A stretch of 64,000 nucleotides of DNA. It comes from Azolla caroliniana (lineage: Eukaryota > Plantae > Polypodiophyta). The stretch is taken from positions 11,656,001-11,720,000 of the forward strand of contig JBHGNT010000013.1 of the NCBI GenBank assembly GCA_043228905.1, given 5' to 3'. Positions 39,270 to 53,992 of this stretch are shown here, piece after piece. The notes under the pieces are model-generated. The model searched no databases, was not told the origin of the DNA, and was given only the letters and a program-made list of their open reading frames with translations. Numbering within the stretch: the first letter of the stretch is position 1; each line of letters starts with the position of its first letter. The position numbers and the translations under genes are program-made.

Positions 39270-42200
39270 CTCATGGAACAAGTTTTGAACGTTGTTGGAG
39301 CGATCTCTCTGACCGATACCTCTCAACTCCAATCCGCATCTCGCACACAAGCTGAGATCACTATGAGCAATTGCTCATTACTACCTTGAATCAATTGGCG
39401 GAAATGAGGCAGGCCGATATGGCATTGGAAAAGAAATCCCAAGAATTGACTATTGAGTCCAAGAAAGAAGGTGAACCTTCTTTCGTAGTAACGCCATTCA
39501 AGGGAGATAAAAAAGAGAGAACCGAGGAGGCCATTAGCACTTGGCTTGGTCGTTGGGAGTCTCACTTTAAGCTCCACCCCAAGCTCGATGCTGTAAAAAT
39601 TGGTTATGTCGGTCGTGAGTTAGGTGGCTGAGCTGCTGCTTGGTGGCGTGGCCTAAGGACTGCAAAGAACTTACCCACAACTTGGGAAGGTTTCGTTGAT
39701 GTTTTTAAGAAACAATTTTTGCAGCCACCTTCTCAAGCTGAACAAGCATAACACTTGCTCACGTTGTCGAGTAAGCCATTTACCTCGCTCGAGGATTATG
39801 TGCATCATGCTCGGACCTAGATCCAAAAATCGGGACTTACGGGTGAGAAATGGTTCATTGCTTGCTTTTTGAATGGTATTCCTAATGGGGATTACCATTG
39901 GATTGTCCATGACAAGGATCCCACAACTTTCAAGAAGCCATCAACATTGTACTTCGGTACCATAGGACTTCCAAGAAAGACCACAATAAACCTAAGTTCG
40001 CCAAAACTCCGAATGTCAAGTTCATTGGGAAACGTAACCAATCTAGTGACACTCTTGACTGCGACTCCAAGAAACTGAACCTCTTCTGTGCATATTGCAA
40101 GAACGAGGCCACACAAAGGATACTTGTCGTCGTCTTGAGTGGAAGTCAATGAACACCCCTCCTCAAGACAAATCTACGAGTCACACAGGTGAGTCTTTTG
40201 ATGTTGTTGAAGTTCATACCAACCACTTAGGTTCATGTGAATGCACTTTTCCTTCACATTTACTTGGACCTAATGATTTACTCCGAGCAGTCGGGTATAT
40301 CAATGGAACACAAGCACATTTCTTGTTTGATTCCGGTAGTTCTCACAATTTTTTTAATCATCACTTTGTGTAGCAAATGGAACTCCACATAAACACAAGT
40401 GATCATATCTATCAAGTTCACATGGCAAATGGAAGTGTTCAATACATCAGTGGCATTGTTTGTCAATTGCCAATTCAAATAGATACCTATTTGGAGAAGC
40501 TAGACTTTCATGTTATGAAACTACAATTTGTAGATGTCATTTTAGGATACCCTTGGATTTTTAATAAAGACCCTTCTTTGTCCATTGATTGGGTTAATCA
40601 CTCAATCACATTTGAACTTAATAATTGTAAATTTTTTAATCAATGTTCCAAACTTCCTTCTCGTTCACTTGTGTCTTCTAAATTTTTAAGTGAGTATTCT
40701 CGTTGATTAATTTATTCGTGTGTAATTGATCCCGCGCTTCAATTTTATTATTTTAATATTGATGGCACACAATTACCACATTATGAACAATGATTACTCA
40801 ACTCTATTTTAGACGATTTTCAAGACGTGTTTCCTAACGAATTGCCGCTTACGTTACCACCAAAACGTAATGTGGACAATCAAATTGAACTCATCCCCGG
40901 TGTGGCTCCTGTGAGCATTCCACCTTACCTACAAGTAGTTGATTAGAAGAGGATGAGATTGCTAAACAACTTAAGGAATACTTCAGTATGAACCACATTA
41001 GGTATAGTGAATCACCTTAGGGTGCGTCGTTCTATTAGTCAAGAAGAAGGAAGGTTCATGGCGAATGTGTATCAATTATCACCGTTTGAATAAAATGACA
41101 ATTAAAAATGCATATCCGTTACCTCGTGCCGATGATTTGATTGATCGTTTGCATGGGGCCCAATATTTTACGAAAATTGACTTACGAACTAGTTATCATC
41201 AGATTCGCATTGCCGAGGATGATATTCTTAAAACCGCTTTTCGTACCTGTTATTCCCATTATGAGTTTTTAGTCATGCCTTTCGGGTTGACTAATGCTCC
41301 AACCACATTCCAACAAGCGATGAATGATGTATTCTGAGATCAACTCGGTGATTTTGTTGTCGTCTTCTTGGATTATATTTTGATAAATAGCCATACCTTG
41401 AAAGATCATGTTCAACATGTTTGATTTGTTTTGCAAAAGTTGCGTGACAACCCTTTCTATGCAAAACATTCAAAGTGTGATTTCTTCCAAAAATCTATTG
41501 TGTACCTAGGTCATTTAATTATGGAAAATGGCTTTGAAATTAAACCTTCTCGTATTGGAAAGGTTAAACTTTGGCCCATTTCTCGTAATATTCGTGAACT
41601 GCGATCATTCTTAGGGTTTGTTGGATTTTTACGAAAATCAATTCGTAATTATCCCAAATTTGACTACGCCATTAACTGACCTTTTAAAAGGTCATCCACG
41701 TAAGTCAGTCAAACCAATTGCATGGAATGAATAACTTGACAAATCATTTGAGACACTCAAAGAGCATGGCTCCCACTCTTCTATTACCGGACCCTTCTAA
41801 GCCTTTCTCAATCGAAACCGATTCTAGTGATTATGCTATTGGTGTTGTTCTTTATCAGGGCGGCCACCCTTAGATTGCTTTTGAAAGTAAGAAGCTTGAT
41901 GCTGCTCAATCTCAATATTCGGTTCAAGAGAAAGAGTTGTTTGTAGTAATACATGCACTTAAAACATGGAGGCACTATCTCTATGGAAATAAATTTGTGG
42001 TTACACCAGATCGTCAATCATTGAAGTATTTTTGTGACCAACCAAATCTTGTTGGTCGTAAAGGCTGTTGGGTTGACCTTATGCAATATTTTGATTTTTC
42101 CATACGGTGTCGCACGGGTTCTATGAACACAGTCGCAAATGCTCTTAGTCACATTAAAGAAGTTAACATGCTTAGCTTCACAGAAATAAAATATGATATT

Positions 42201-45200
42201 TTAGATCACCTTCGAGGGAAATACCTTGATGACAGTTATTTCTCAAAATACTAGACTAAAGCCGAATCTGGTTTAGATGCCGTTACTAGCACCCTACCCT
42301 TGAAGACGACCTTTCACATTACAAACGGTTTGCTCTACCATAGTGGAAAGGTATGTGTTCCAGATTTACCAAATGTAAAATAGAAAATTCTTCATGAATG
42401 TCGTGATGCACCATCTGCTGGTCATCCTGGAATACAATGCACACTCGTTCTCATCTCGAGTACTTTTTTCTGGCCTAAGATGCACTCTGACGTGCATAAA
42501 TATGTAACTAAATGCTTACAATGTTAGATTAATAAGTCGGAACGACTTAAAGTTGTTGGTCTTTTACATCCCTTAGATATTCCCAACAACAAATGGGAAA
42601 GTATCTCGATGGATTTTATTGTTAGTGTACTTCGTACACAAAGGGGTCATGATGCCATTTGGGTTGTCGTTGACAGACTAACAAAATTGGATAGATTTAT
42701 TCCTAACTAAACCATGGTAACCGCTCAACAATTGGCTTATCAATTTGTTGATGAGTTATTTCGTTTTTATGGATTACTGATGGATATTGTTAGTGATCGA
42801 GATTCCAAGTTTACTAGTGACTTTTGGACTCAAGTCTTTAAGAAAGTAGAAACTACGTTGAGCATGAGTTCAGTAGATCATCCTCAATTTGATGGACAAA
42901 CTAAACGAGTTAATCAAATTATTGAGGACATGCTTCGAGCTTATGTAGCAAAAACCCCTTCTAAGTGGGACCAATACCTTCCTATCTTAGAATTTTCCTA
43001 TAATAGCTCTAAACATACATACATCCATTAGATATAATCCTTTTATGTTGATGTCTGATTTTCAGCCACGTGCCCCAGTCGATGTCATGATTCATCGTGA
43101 TACATTAGACAATACATGCAATTTTGTGCAAGGCAAGAACCAAATGTTGCATATTGACAAAGAAAATGTCAAGACAACTCAAGATTGTGCTCGATTTTAT
43201 GTTGTTCATGAGAGACATCCTCATGCATTTACTATTGGTCAAAAAGTTTTTTTGCGTGTCCCTACAGACTCTACGCCATTGTCTACAGGCAAGTGCGCTA
43301 AGTTAGCCCCACGATATTGTGGCCCATTTGAAATCCTTAAGCGAGTTGGGTCATCTGCTTATCACCTTGCCTTACCCCATAATGTTGGTATTCATCCTGT
43401 TTTTCACGTAAGTCGTCTAAAACCATTTTTAGGCTCTAGTGATAACACCATCACAATCCAAGATCTTGTAACATTAGAGGATTTTTCTTACAAACCTCAT
43501 GTTCTTGAACAAATTCTTGATTCTCATACTAAACGTTTACGTTCTAAAGAGATTCGGCTTTTCAAGATCAAATGGATGGATAAACCTATTGATGATGCCA
43601 CATGGGAATGTGAGCATACTCTTAAGGCACAATTTCCTCACTTTATATTGCAAGAGTGCAATCTTTTTAAGTAGGCGAGTATGTTATGTACGTATAACGT
43701 TGGTGAGGGTGGGTCCCTAATATTTGCATTAGTGAAGGGTATGTTCACTAATGTTAAAAAGGAGGCTAATGGGATTGGATAGAAGGAATGATAGGTGCAT
43801 GCAACTATCATGATTTGGGCAACCAATGAATGGAGAGCCTTTTAGAAAGGCACATCTATTCAAGGGGCCTAGGAAAAGGTATAAATATGAGGCTTAGCTA
43901 CCCTCATAAGCACATTACGTCGAAAGGCTGCTATCTTAGATATCGGTGGTGTGGGCTAGGCTTTCGTCTCGACAATCGTATTTATCTTTTCCAAGGTATT
44001 ACTAATTAGTCATCCTAATGTTACCCCGTACGAGATGTACGGAGAGTCAATGTGATGAGCGAGGGTCAAATGTTATCATGATGATTGTTGTGTGTGTGTA
44101 GGGGGCATAAATGTAATTGTGAGTCGATACGTATGTGAACACATGCACACGTGTGTGCATGTGGATGGATACGAGGAGGTGTGAGTGAGTGTCCAGTATG
44201 AATGCTCTTGGGGGCTTACACCCCTTTGTATCTACCCCCTCTTATACTATTTAACCCCCCCTTATGGGGAATGAATGAAGGAAGGATCATTTTTCTCTCT
44301 CAATCTCTCTCTCTCTCTCTTGTCATCTCTCTCTCTCTCTCTCTCCCCCTCAATGTTGAATCCCCTTGGGAGGGGGGTGGAGCCATTCTAGGCACCACCC
44401 CCCACCCCACAATGCTTCTCAATGATTCTCAACATCTTCATCTCGATCTCTCTCACCATCATACCATTCATCATCTTCACTATTACACAATGCCTATCTT
44501 TATCATCAATCATCATCATTATCATAAATATTAACCCTAACCCTAAAACCTATAACACCTTTTGGCGACCCCCCTTTGGAGACGAAGTTGAAGGTTAATA
44601 CGTGGTAGAGACAACAATGACGAAATGTCCGATAATGGTAAAGATGATGTGCAAGAAATCAAATCAATGATGTGTTGCAAATGGTGGTCACGGGATACTA
44701 AACGAAGTCGAGGAATGAGAAATGGTGTTGACGATTTGCGTGTAGTTGATCGCAAAAGAAAGACGAACAAAAGTTTCTGATCTATGGGTTAGCAATGGAA
44801 GTGCAAAGGAGAGAGAGACCCAACCATCACAAACCGTATCTTCCAAAGATGAGAGTGCATTTCTATCCACATATGTCCGGTCAGACATGGCCAGAAAGAC
44901 AAACGACCGGAGGGCCGAATGATGACCAAAACCAAACGGGCATGGATGGGCTGGATAGAGACAACGCTTGAATGAAGCATTGATGGCTGGACGAGATTCG
45001 ATAGACATGAATCGGACAAACGACCAGAGACTCGTTAGACAGGGCCCACAAAGATGGAACAAAGATGGAAAAGGCAATGAAGAAAGTGAAAGAAATGCCA
45101 AAAACAACTGACGAAAACGTAAGGACAAAGGCCAGAATGGCTGGATAGTGGGCGAGAGTGGCCGGAGTGACCGGATAGCAGCCGAAGTGACCGGAGTGGA

Positions 45201-47013
45201 TGGACAACAGTTCGAGCGGCCAAAGTGGCTGGACAACAGTTGGAGCGGTCGGATAGGCCAAGAGTGGTTGGACAGGAGCCGAAGAGCCGAAATGACCGGA
45301 GAGCGGCCGGACAGGACGGCAGTCGAACATCATCCGTATGGCGACGACCTAATAAAGCAGCCGGAGTAGCCAGGTTGGGGTGGCTAGACAACCAACGGCC
45401 AGAGCGGTGGCCGAATAGCGACGACCGGATGCCACGTACAAAGAAAGGGGCGTCGGCCTTACAATAGCCCGATAGTGGCAGTAACCGAATTGCGGCTAGA
45501 GCAGCGGTCGGACAGAGACACGCCGAACAGATAGAGGAACTGGGGACCGGATGGACAGGCACCGAGTAGCGACAGCGGAACAATGATACAGAGACGGAGA
45601 CGACGAAAACAAACACAACAGACAAACAGACATAAATCTTCTCATCACCATTGCCATCGCCACCGTCAACATACAAGCACAGAAGATGATCACGATGAAT
45701 ATCAGGAAGAAGGCAGAGGAGGACGAGGAAGAGAAAGAGACAAGGACAAAAGCGAAGGTTGAGATAGACAAGCACTACTAGAAAAGGATTAGGAAGAGGA
45801 GATGAAGAAAGAACAAGAAAATCCAGAAAATAAGAAGAAACAGAGACGGGAGAAAGAACGATAAGAAGAAGAGACAAGGAAAACAACCTAAAGAAAAACA
45901 GTAAACAATAAGAGGAAGAAGAGAGGGAAATAGAAAAAGAAAACATAGGGGCATGTGAAGAATTTCGGAAACATGAGTGTACATCAACAAATTTCATAAA
46001 CATAAGGGTACAATATAAAATTTTAAAAACAAGAGGGCACCACTAGAATTTTGAAAATCCCCAAGACTACTCACACACACTCAAAACAAAGGAAGAACAC
46101 ACATACATACGACATGATTTTGGACCCATGACGAAGTTCGTAAGCCGACAGAACGAGAATGTTTTTGTCGCGGACGATTTGCTGACCGACAAAGATGTTC
46201 GAGTCAAGCATTCCGATCGAGGGTGTCGATCATTGAAAGGACCGATGGAAGTTCCGGTCGAAGAAATATCATCATCAAGGCATGTGGGATCGACGTGCAA
46301 GGCACTTTCCCACGGGCGTGCCATATTGTGTTACCCCGTACGAGATGTACGGAGAGTCAATGTGATGAGCGAGGGTTAAATGTTATCATGATGATTGTTG
46401 TGTGTGTGTAGGGGGCATAAATGTAATTGTGAGTCGATATGTATGTGAACACATGCACACGTGTGTGCATGTGGATGGATACGAGGAGGTGTGAGTGAGT
46501 GTCCAGTATGAATGCTCTTGGGGGCTTACACCCCTTTGTATCTACCCCCTCTTATACTATTTAACCCCTTATGGGGAATGAATGAAGGAAGGATCATTTT
46601 TCTCTCTCAATCTCTCTCTCTCTCTTGTCATCTCTCTCTCTCTCTCTCTCCCCCTCAACGTTGAATCCCCTTGGGAGGGGGGTGGAGCCATTCTAGGCAC
46701 CACCCCCCACCTCACAATGCTTCTCAATGATTCTCAACATCTTCATCTCGATCTCTCTCACCATCATACCATTCATCATCTTCACTATTACACAATGCCT
46801 ATCTTTATCATCAATCATCATCATTATCATAAATATTAACCCTAACCCTAAAACCTATAACACCTAATATCCGACGGTATGGGACGTCGGTGGTAGGTTG
46901 GCTATGTCTAGATCATAGCTCAGGGGTGGTCGGGTGGAACGGGTTTTTCCATCCAATCTATTTTCCTTCTTTTACTTTACTTTGGTCTATTGATTAGTAA
47001 TAGACTCTTAACA
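39270..47013 (+). mobile_element. Degenerate Ty3/Gypsy chromovirus: gag-PR-RT-RH-INT-chromo; 3' LTR 43682-47013 split by an insertion
   Basis: [55 protein letters not shown] and IKW..DDATWE chromodomain. Confidence 0.9.
44019..46862 (+). mobile_element. Non-autonomous LTR element (LARD/TRIM-like) nested in the Gypsy LTR
   Basis: Near-identical LTRs at 44019-44557 and 46329-46862, perfect 5-bp TSD CCTAA, PBS-like TGGCGACCCC at 44563, and no gag/pol motifs inside. Confidence 0.9.
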
Positions 47014-48200
47014 AATGTGGGCTAAGAAATCCTTAGCTAAATCATCGGAATGAAGTTGGTGCCGAATAGTATCAAGAAGGCTTGAATCAAGTGGCATGGC
47101 ATAAATTGTTGTTGCATGTAGCCTTGATGGTCCAAGAAGAATCTGCTTTTGATTGTCGAAGGCCGGATCTCCAAGTCGAAGTGCCAGATATGAATATCCA
47201 GACAAAGCATCTGCTTTCCCTTGTTGTTTTCCTGGGGGAAAAATGATATTGAAATCGAAACAAGTTAGAAATTGGGCCCACCAATCTTGTCGCCTATTTA
47301 ACACTCGAGTTGTTTGAAAATATGTACGATTTTTGTGATCACTATAAATGATGATCTGATGAGGTGATCCTTCTAAGAAATGTCACCATTGCTCGAAAGA
47401 GTAGACCACATCTAGTAACTCCTTGTCATGCACCTCATAGTTTATCTTCGTAGTAGTAAATTTTCTCGAGTGAAACATGACTGGATGGGACTGCTCATCC
47501 TCGCTTGGTTGTGAATCGTGATAGGATACTCCCCAATGTGAAGACTAATGCATTTGCCTCAATGTTAAATGGATTTTCGGGATCAATATGAGCTAGGATA
47601 GGAACTTATGTGAATGCCTCTTTCAATTGAGTAAATGCCTTGTCCGCTTCGATAGTCCAAACAAATGGGTGAGGGGCAACACAATGCTTGAATAATTACG
47701 TATGAATTTGCGATAGAAGTTGGCAAACCCGAGGAAACATTGGACGTCTCGAACTGAACATGGGCCATTCTAATATTGTTTGGACTTTTGTTGGATCCAT
47801 GAAAATACCCTTGGATGAAATAGTGTATCCCTATAGTTCAACTTGTTTGTAGTCAAAACTGCACTTCTCAAGTTTGGCATAAAGACCATACTTTCTTAAG
47901 CGTTCAAGTAATTTTCGCACATGTATATCATGCTCCTCGTGTGTTTTAGAGTAAATCAACAGATCATCTAAGTAGATGATGAGAAAGATATCCAAGAAAT
48001 CACAAAAAATATCATTCGCCATATGTTGAAAAACTGCAGGTGCATTTGTGAGCCCAAAAGGCATGAATGTATACTCAAAAAGACCATACGGAGTATGAAA
48101 TGTAGTTTTCCACTCATCTCCTGGTCGAATTCAAACAAGATTATATGCATCCCTTAGATCAATTTTGGTAAAATTCTTTGGCCCACCAATGCGCTCACAA
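47014..48200 (-). mobile_element. Ty3/Gypsy RT-RNaseH fragment
   Basis: [47 protein letters not shown]. Confidence 0.85.
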
Positions 48201-48764
48201 GTACTGCCACAACCCACATACAGGAGCCTGATTGTACTAAGAACGAGCATACTAGCATCACTCATGAGGATAGTGCAATAAAAACCACCGATGAAGGGGA
48301 GCACGATGGTCTTAAGAATGAGGTGATTATCACCAACCAGGAGAAGTTCACCATGAGTACTACTACAACCCACATACAAGAGCCTAATTGTACTGAGAAC
48401 GAGCATACTAACTGTTGTCCGCCGGAATAGTAATCGATGGACAAGAGCGCAGTAGAATAATATTGTAACGCATGTAAACGGTTCACGCGGGAAGCGTGAA
48501 TGGCTAAAAGACCCTGCATATATAAAGGGCAGAAAACCCCCGATAGAGGTAGTGTGTAATTTTTGAATGTAAAAGGCGTATCTTAATAGAGTTCTATCTT
48601 CTCTGATATCTATGCGTATCTGTGGTTAATCTACTAAGTGTCTGTAATCCTTAAGAGCGTAGGCATGAGTAACGGTGTGTGCGCTAGCCCACTTTCTAAG
48701 GAGCTCGGTTGTAGCCGTCTCCCTGATACGCTGCTAGGATATGAGAGGTATCCCACTAAGTATT

Positions 48765-51700
48765 TAGGGATCGACAACGGTTCGGTTTAGGCTTAGCCGG
48801 TTTGGCCTTATCCAAGCCAAACTGGCTAAGCCTAAACCGTTTAGGGGTTTTCAAACCTGAACCGAACCAAACCAAACCGATCCCTAAACCGGTTTAGGGT
48901 AAACTGGTTTGGGATAAACCGGTTTATGAACCGGCTTGGTAAATAGCTTGTAAACCGGTTTGTGAACTTCATTACACAATTCTATTACAATTTATCATTG
49001 AACTTCATAACACAAATTATCATTGAACAATCCCCCTCCAATATGTTCCAAATGTAGAATGGTTACAAGGCTTAGAGAAAAACAACAAGAAAACATAAAA
49101 TGTGAAATGCAAGGCAAATTTAACTAATAGATAATTAAAGAAAAACAACGAGAAAAATTTGACTATTCCAAAAATGTTAACTATTCCAATAATTGATCGT
49201 CATAATTGTCCCAAGTCATAATATTCCAAAAAAATCACTTATCCAAGTATAAGTATTCAATAACATCATCCTTGGCAATAATCTCTTCTAAATTGATATC
49301 TAAAGTATCATATGCATCATTAATATCTTCAGGAATTGGAATATTAACACTATCAAGTAGATCTATCCAAGATCGTATGCACATCTTGGCCTTGAAAGTG
49401 CATGAATGCAACTGTTGCCTATCGCCAAAGTTATCACGAGCTTCGGAGTTAGCTTCCTTTGAAGGCACTGATGAAGCTGGAATGGCCAAATAATCGCATG
49501 CCATTTTATACATCCTTGGAAAAATGGATCTGTTTCAAATCAGAAAAAAAGATACTATCAAAATGTGTTCATTAATTACCAACAATAACAAATTTGTTTA
49601 ATACAACATGATGCAATATAGCTTGAAACCTATTGGTAGACCACCAATGTAGAGGGTCTACGGAACTCTTCACTCGTGGAACCTTCAAGAAACCTTCAAT
49701 TTCTGTCCGAGCTGATGATTCATGAGATTTGTCATTGTTCATATCCCAAATATCCAAAAAATCAAACGGAGATCCTTCACATGCATCTTCGGATAGAGAA
49801 TCTTCAACATTAGGATCATGATATTGGGTTGTCAAAAAACTTTGCACCAATTCTATATCGAGGTCTCTCTCAATTGGATTAGGTGGTTTTGGAATTCTAC
49901 ACTCAAACAAAAGACACTATTAGTAAGAAAGAAAGATTAAAAAGGGGGAATTTTCAGTTAAAAACATTAGTACCTCGGGTCAACAAACATTGCGATTCGA
50001 GATGGAATAGATTTCAGGGATTCTTGGTACTTGATTAGATATTGTAAGCATTTGTTACTAGCCTCTTGTTGCACTTGAAGAGTAATCTTCTCGGAGGATG
50101 AATCAACTGAGTTCATATCCATAGAAATATATTTATTACAATGTGCTAATAAGTTGTTGAATGCAAGCGCGGCTATTGAGAGGGTCGGATACTTTGACCC
50201 ACTCAAGTAATTACAAATTTTATCAGGCACAAGCAACCATTGTTCCATACTTTGTATATGATTCCAATCTTCTATGGAGAGTGTATGGTTCACAAACTCA
50301 TTAACAATGACATTGTCACTTGTGGTACAAATCAAGACATCTCTTAATTTTAGGGATTGTTGATACATTATTAGGGTTGAATTCCATCTAGTAATGCAAT
50401 CTACACATGGTGGTTCATGTTCTCCATTCTCATGCATGGTTTTTGAATATTTTTTAAATATAGCTCTACTCACTTTACTTGTGCGTATAGAATGTAATGT
50501 CTTCCCTAACTTCATAGTAGGAGTAATAACTTCTAATGCAGACTTTACACCTAGTTGATATGTATGCACCATGCATCTTAACATATGTGATGATTGTAAA
50601 ATGTCTTGTCCATGATGACAAAGTAATAACCTAGCTAATTCTTTTGATGCAACTAGAGATTCACTAGCATCGTCAGAAGTTGTAGATAGAAGACGTGAAG
50701 AGATATTAAATGATTTTAGACGGGAGAATAAAGCTTTTCCGACACGTTTTCCTACCCCATCTCCCGGAAAGACATCTAGGAAGTCTAAAAGCACACTAGT
50801 CGGCTTAGTAGACTCGAAACAAACAAAATGTAAAGTCACGGGATAAAATCCTTTCAAACAGTTGTTTGTCCACCCATCAAATGTTATAGCATATCTAAAA
50901 TTTTGTGAGGACAAATAAGTAATAACTAAATGGCGAAGAACAACATACATTCGTAACACTAATCTCTTAAGTGTACGAGATGATTTAAGTTGATAAGTGG
51001 GCAAGACTTCATGCATTAATCTCTTAAAACTAGAAGACTCAATATGTGCATGAGGTAGCATTGATGTGACTATGTATCTAACAACAATACTATCAAACTT
51101 CTTCTCTAGAGTACAAGATATAGTTAATATAGATGAAGTAGCATCTATGTTACTTTGGACAAGAACATTGCTAGAAGTTTGTGGTTGTGATGTGCTATTA
51201 ATATTATGCTTATCTAATAAATGCTTGGCGATAGAACCTGTAGATGTAGAGCTTGCCCACATCAAGTGACAATAGGCACATCAATGCTTATATGCATCTC
51301 CGTCCTTAATGCAGATCATGTGTTGCTCGGTCCATGAAGTTCTTTTTCTTGCCTTTGTTTTGCCTCTAGGGGCTGATATTGATGTTACCTCTTCCATATC
51401 AATGTATGTTATTGTACCTATAAAATTTTGGTTATAAAAGATAATGAATTCTTTTGAAATGTCCTACTCTAATCATGAGTTATTACATTGTGCCACATTG
51501 TGGCTCAATTTGTCTATATCATTTTTCATATATGTGCATAATTATATTGTGAATCTTACTTCATATCTGTCTACATTGTAGATTGTAGTGACAAATTACA
51601 ATGATTGTGGGTATTACTTCATATGAGCCTTGAGGTAAAGTAATTTTAAATTGCCTATAGTCTGTAATATCATTATTCATATATGTGCATAATTATATTG

Positions 51701-51848
51701 TGAAATTATGTGAATCTTGTATGCTTTGTAAAATAGATGGAATAAAGCACTTTGTAGGCTTGGAAGTTGGGAGTTGGGGCTGCACGATGCATGCAGGCGG
51801 CAACAACAGGTCGTCGTCTTCCACTTTGTAGTATCTACTATGCAGCAA

Positions 51849-51910
<62 letters not shown>

Positions 51911-52408
51911 TGCGCGCGTGCGTCTGTGTCGATGGACTGGTCATTGTCTGTGTCGAGAGTCCTATTACCTAAGTCCGAGTCGTCTGTCTGTGTTGAGCAA
52001 TGAGACTCGAGAGACTAAAGTCTTATTACCTAATTAGTAATACCTAAGTCATCACTTTGGAGTCTATGTGTACACAGTACACTCAGCACTATAGACAATA
52101 GACTCATGACTCGTGACCACTGACTACTAGTTAGAACTTAGACTCTTGACTAATTAGAAGTTAGAACATATACTTTAGTAATAAACTGTAGTTACTAGTA
52201 ATTACTAATTAAATCACTTAAACGGCTTAGTCGGCTTGAGCCGGCTCAAGCCGGTTTGGCGAGGCTCAAGCCAAGCCGAGCCGAGCTCAAACCGTTAAGG
52301 CAAGCTCAAGCCTAAACCGAGCCGAGCCGAGCCGCTAAGCCACTAAGACGTTTTCAAGCCAGCTAAGCCAAACGGTTTCGGCTTGAGCCGAGCCGTTGCC
52401 GATCCCTA
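48765..52408 (-). mobile_element. Complete hAT DNA transposon, 3644 bp
   Basis: TIRs TAGGGATCGACAACGGTTCGG and TAGGGATCGGCAACGGCTCGG, perfect 8-bp TSD TAAGTATT (48757-48764, 52409-52416), AAACCG/GAGCC subterminal repeats. Confidence 0.95.
49235..51400 (-). pseudogene. hAT transposase, multi-exon, probably disrupted
   Basis: BED-like STGSIAKHL..KH, ITFDGWT, RCMVH, TRWNST, DPR and C-terminal dimerisation PLHWW/DYLAIPASSVPSKE. Apparent stop near the BED finger at ~51283. Confidence 0.85.
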
Positions 52409-53010
52409 TAAGTATTACGCATAGACGCTACCATTCGTTGTCACACAGTCACTTTGAGGTCTAGGTCGAAGGACTGACCGTAGACTGTGTTCCTAATTGG
52501 TAACACTTTTGGCACGCTTGGTGATCTGTGTCTTCTCACAGACAAACAACAATGAATGGATGTTTAGCCGCAGACGCCCCAGAGAACCAACATGACAAGA
52601 CCGGCCAATCACAAGGTCCATCACACACCAGGCAAAGGAATGCGCATGGCAAAAGCCTCACCTCAGTAACCTCAATACTACCTGTCGGGACCACAAAGAT
52701 GATTTCTCGCTCTCCAAATACCTCGGCGATACACGGGAAGCGCGCTCACCACAAAAGCACTGTGGTCTTTCCCTGCCCGTTGTAGAACCCAGCATGGCCT
52801 TGCTTATCCTCGCTTCAATGGCGAAATTGACGCCGCTACCCGCATCCGACTGTTCCTCAGTGTTTGGAATGCAAACCATGATCGGAATACAGTTTCCTAA
52901 GCTATGCTCGGCCACAACCGAGACGTCGGATCAATCACAGAAAACAGGGATGTGGGGAGATGTATCTACGCACGAAACAGTAAAGAACAGAGTGCACAGG
53001 ATGTTAACGT

Positions 53011-53330
53011 TGTCGTGACGATTTTCGGCCACGGTGTGAAACCGAGTGAGACGAATAAACCAAGGATGTGCAACATTGTACATGCACTTAGCAAATAAAC
53101 CTAAGGCCTAGTGGCACTTGAGTTCATACAGAGGGGCGCAAGTAAGGGTTGAACCTTGCACCTCTAAGATACAAGATAATTGCCTTACCACTAGGACAAC
53201 TATCATATAGTGTAAATTTTATGTATTTACTTTTCATATATGAATTATAGATGAAACAACCATTAGAAAACCATGTGCACAAAACCATGGTTCTAAACCC
53301 ATGGTTTGTGCATGACATAAGCAAAACCGT
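53011..53330 (+). mobile_element. 5' part of an LTR of the same family as 118-763, interrupted at 53330
   Basis: Begins TGTCGTGACG and is the reverse complement of ~445-763. Confidence 0.75.
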
Positions 53331-53992
53331 TGTCGTAGTGTATTCCACACACTACGTGGAAAACCATAAAATAATATATCCGATTTTAGATACATATAAA
53401 TAGATAAATAAAATATAAAAGAATTTATCACGTGCATAGGGCAAGATTCAAACCATGCACCTCCATGTAGATAAACCCCAACTTTACCATTGTATTAACT
53501 TATCTTTAGTGTTATAAATATAGATTTAATACATATAAGACCTTTATTTACACATACCTTTATTAAAAGGTAAAAATCATGTATTCTTTAGAGTGTGAAT
53601 ATTTTATTTACACGTGCCATTAAAAGTGACTCATGCACATCTAGCGTGTGTGAAAGTGTTTTTTGAATTCAAACCATTGAACACTAGATGGATATAAAGT
53701 ATGGATAATTCACATTTGGAGGATAAGAACACGAACTAAGACCTTAGGGAAGAAGTCAAAAGTAAAAGTACGAGACCAAGAGAAAAGTAAAAAGAGAAAA
53801 CGCAGACTATAAAAAACAGTAAAAATAGAATGGTCATAACTCCCTCGTTGTTTATCCAAATATCACGTTTAAATATGGATTAGAAAGCTTGTAAAAAGAG
53901 CTTTCTATAGCTTTTTAAATCGCTTAATTTGGATATCGGATGAGGGAGATATGACGATTAGAAGGTCGATGTGTCATAGCTAAAAATAGGGA
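53331..53992 (+). mobile_element. Probable LTR (starts TGTCGTAG), split by the DNA transposon and resuming at ~63298-63553
   Basis: TG start exactly where the previous LTR homology breaks. A TATA-like TTATAAAAG lies in the resumed part. The continuity is inferred. Confidence 0.5.

Noticed and set aside
44533-44546. Telomeric repeat (AACCCTAACCCTAA)
   Set aside because: Only two units, part of both LTRs of the nested element.
44688-46003. 322-aa and 182-aa minus-strand ORFs as env-like genes
   Set aside because: Low-complexity F/L/S translations of a purine-skewed region with no recognisable motifs.
53331-53366. CACTA transposon termini (CGTAGTG...CACTACG)
   Set aside because: A short local inverted repeat at the start of a TG-initiated LTR-like sequence, with no partner TIR, 3-bp TSD or CACTA transposase.
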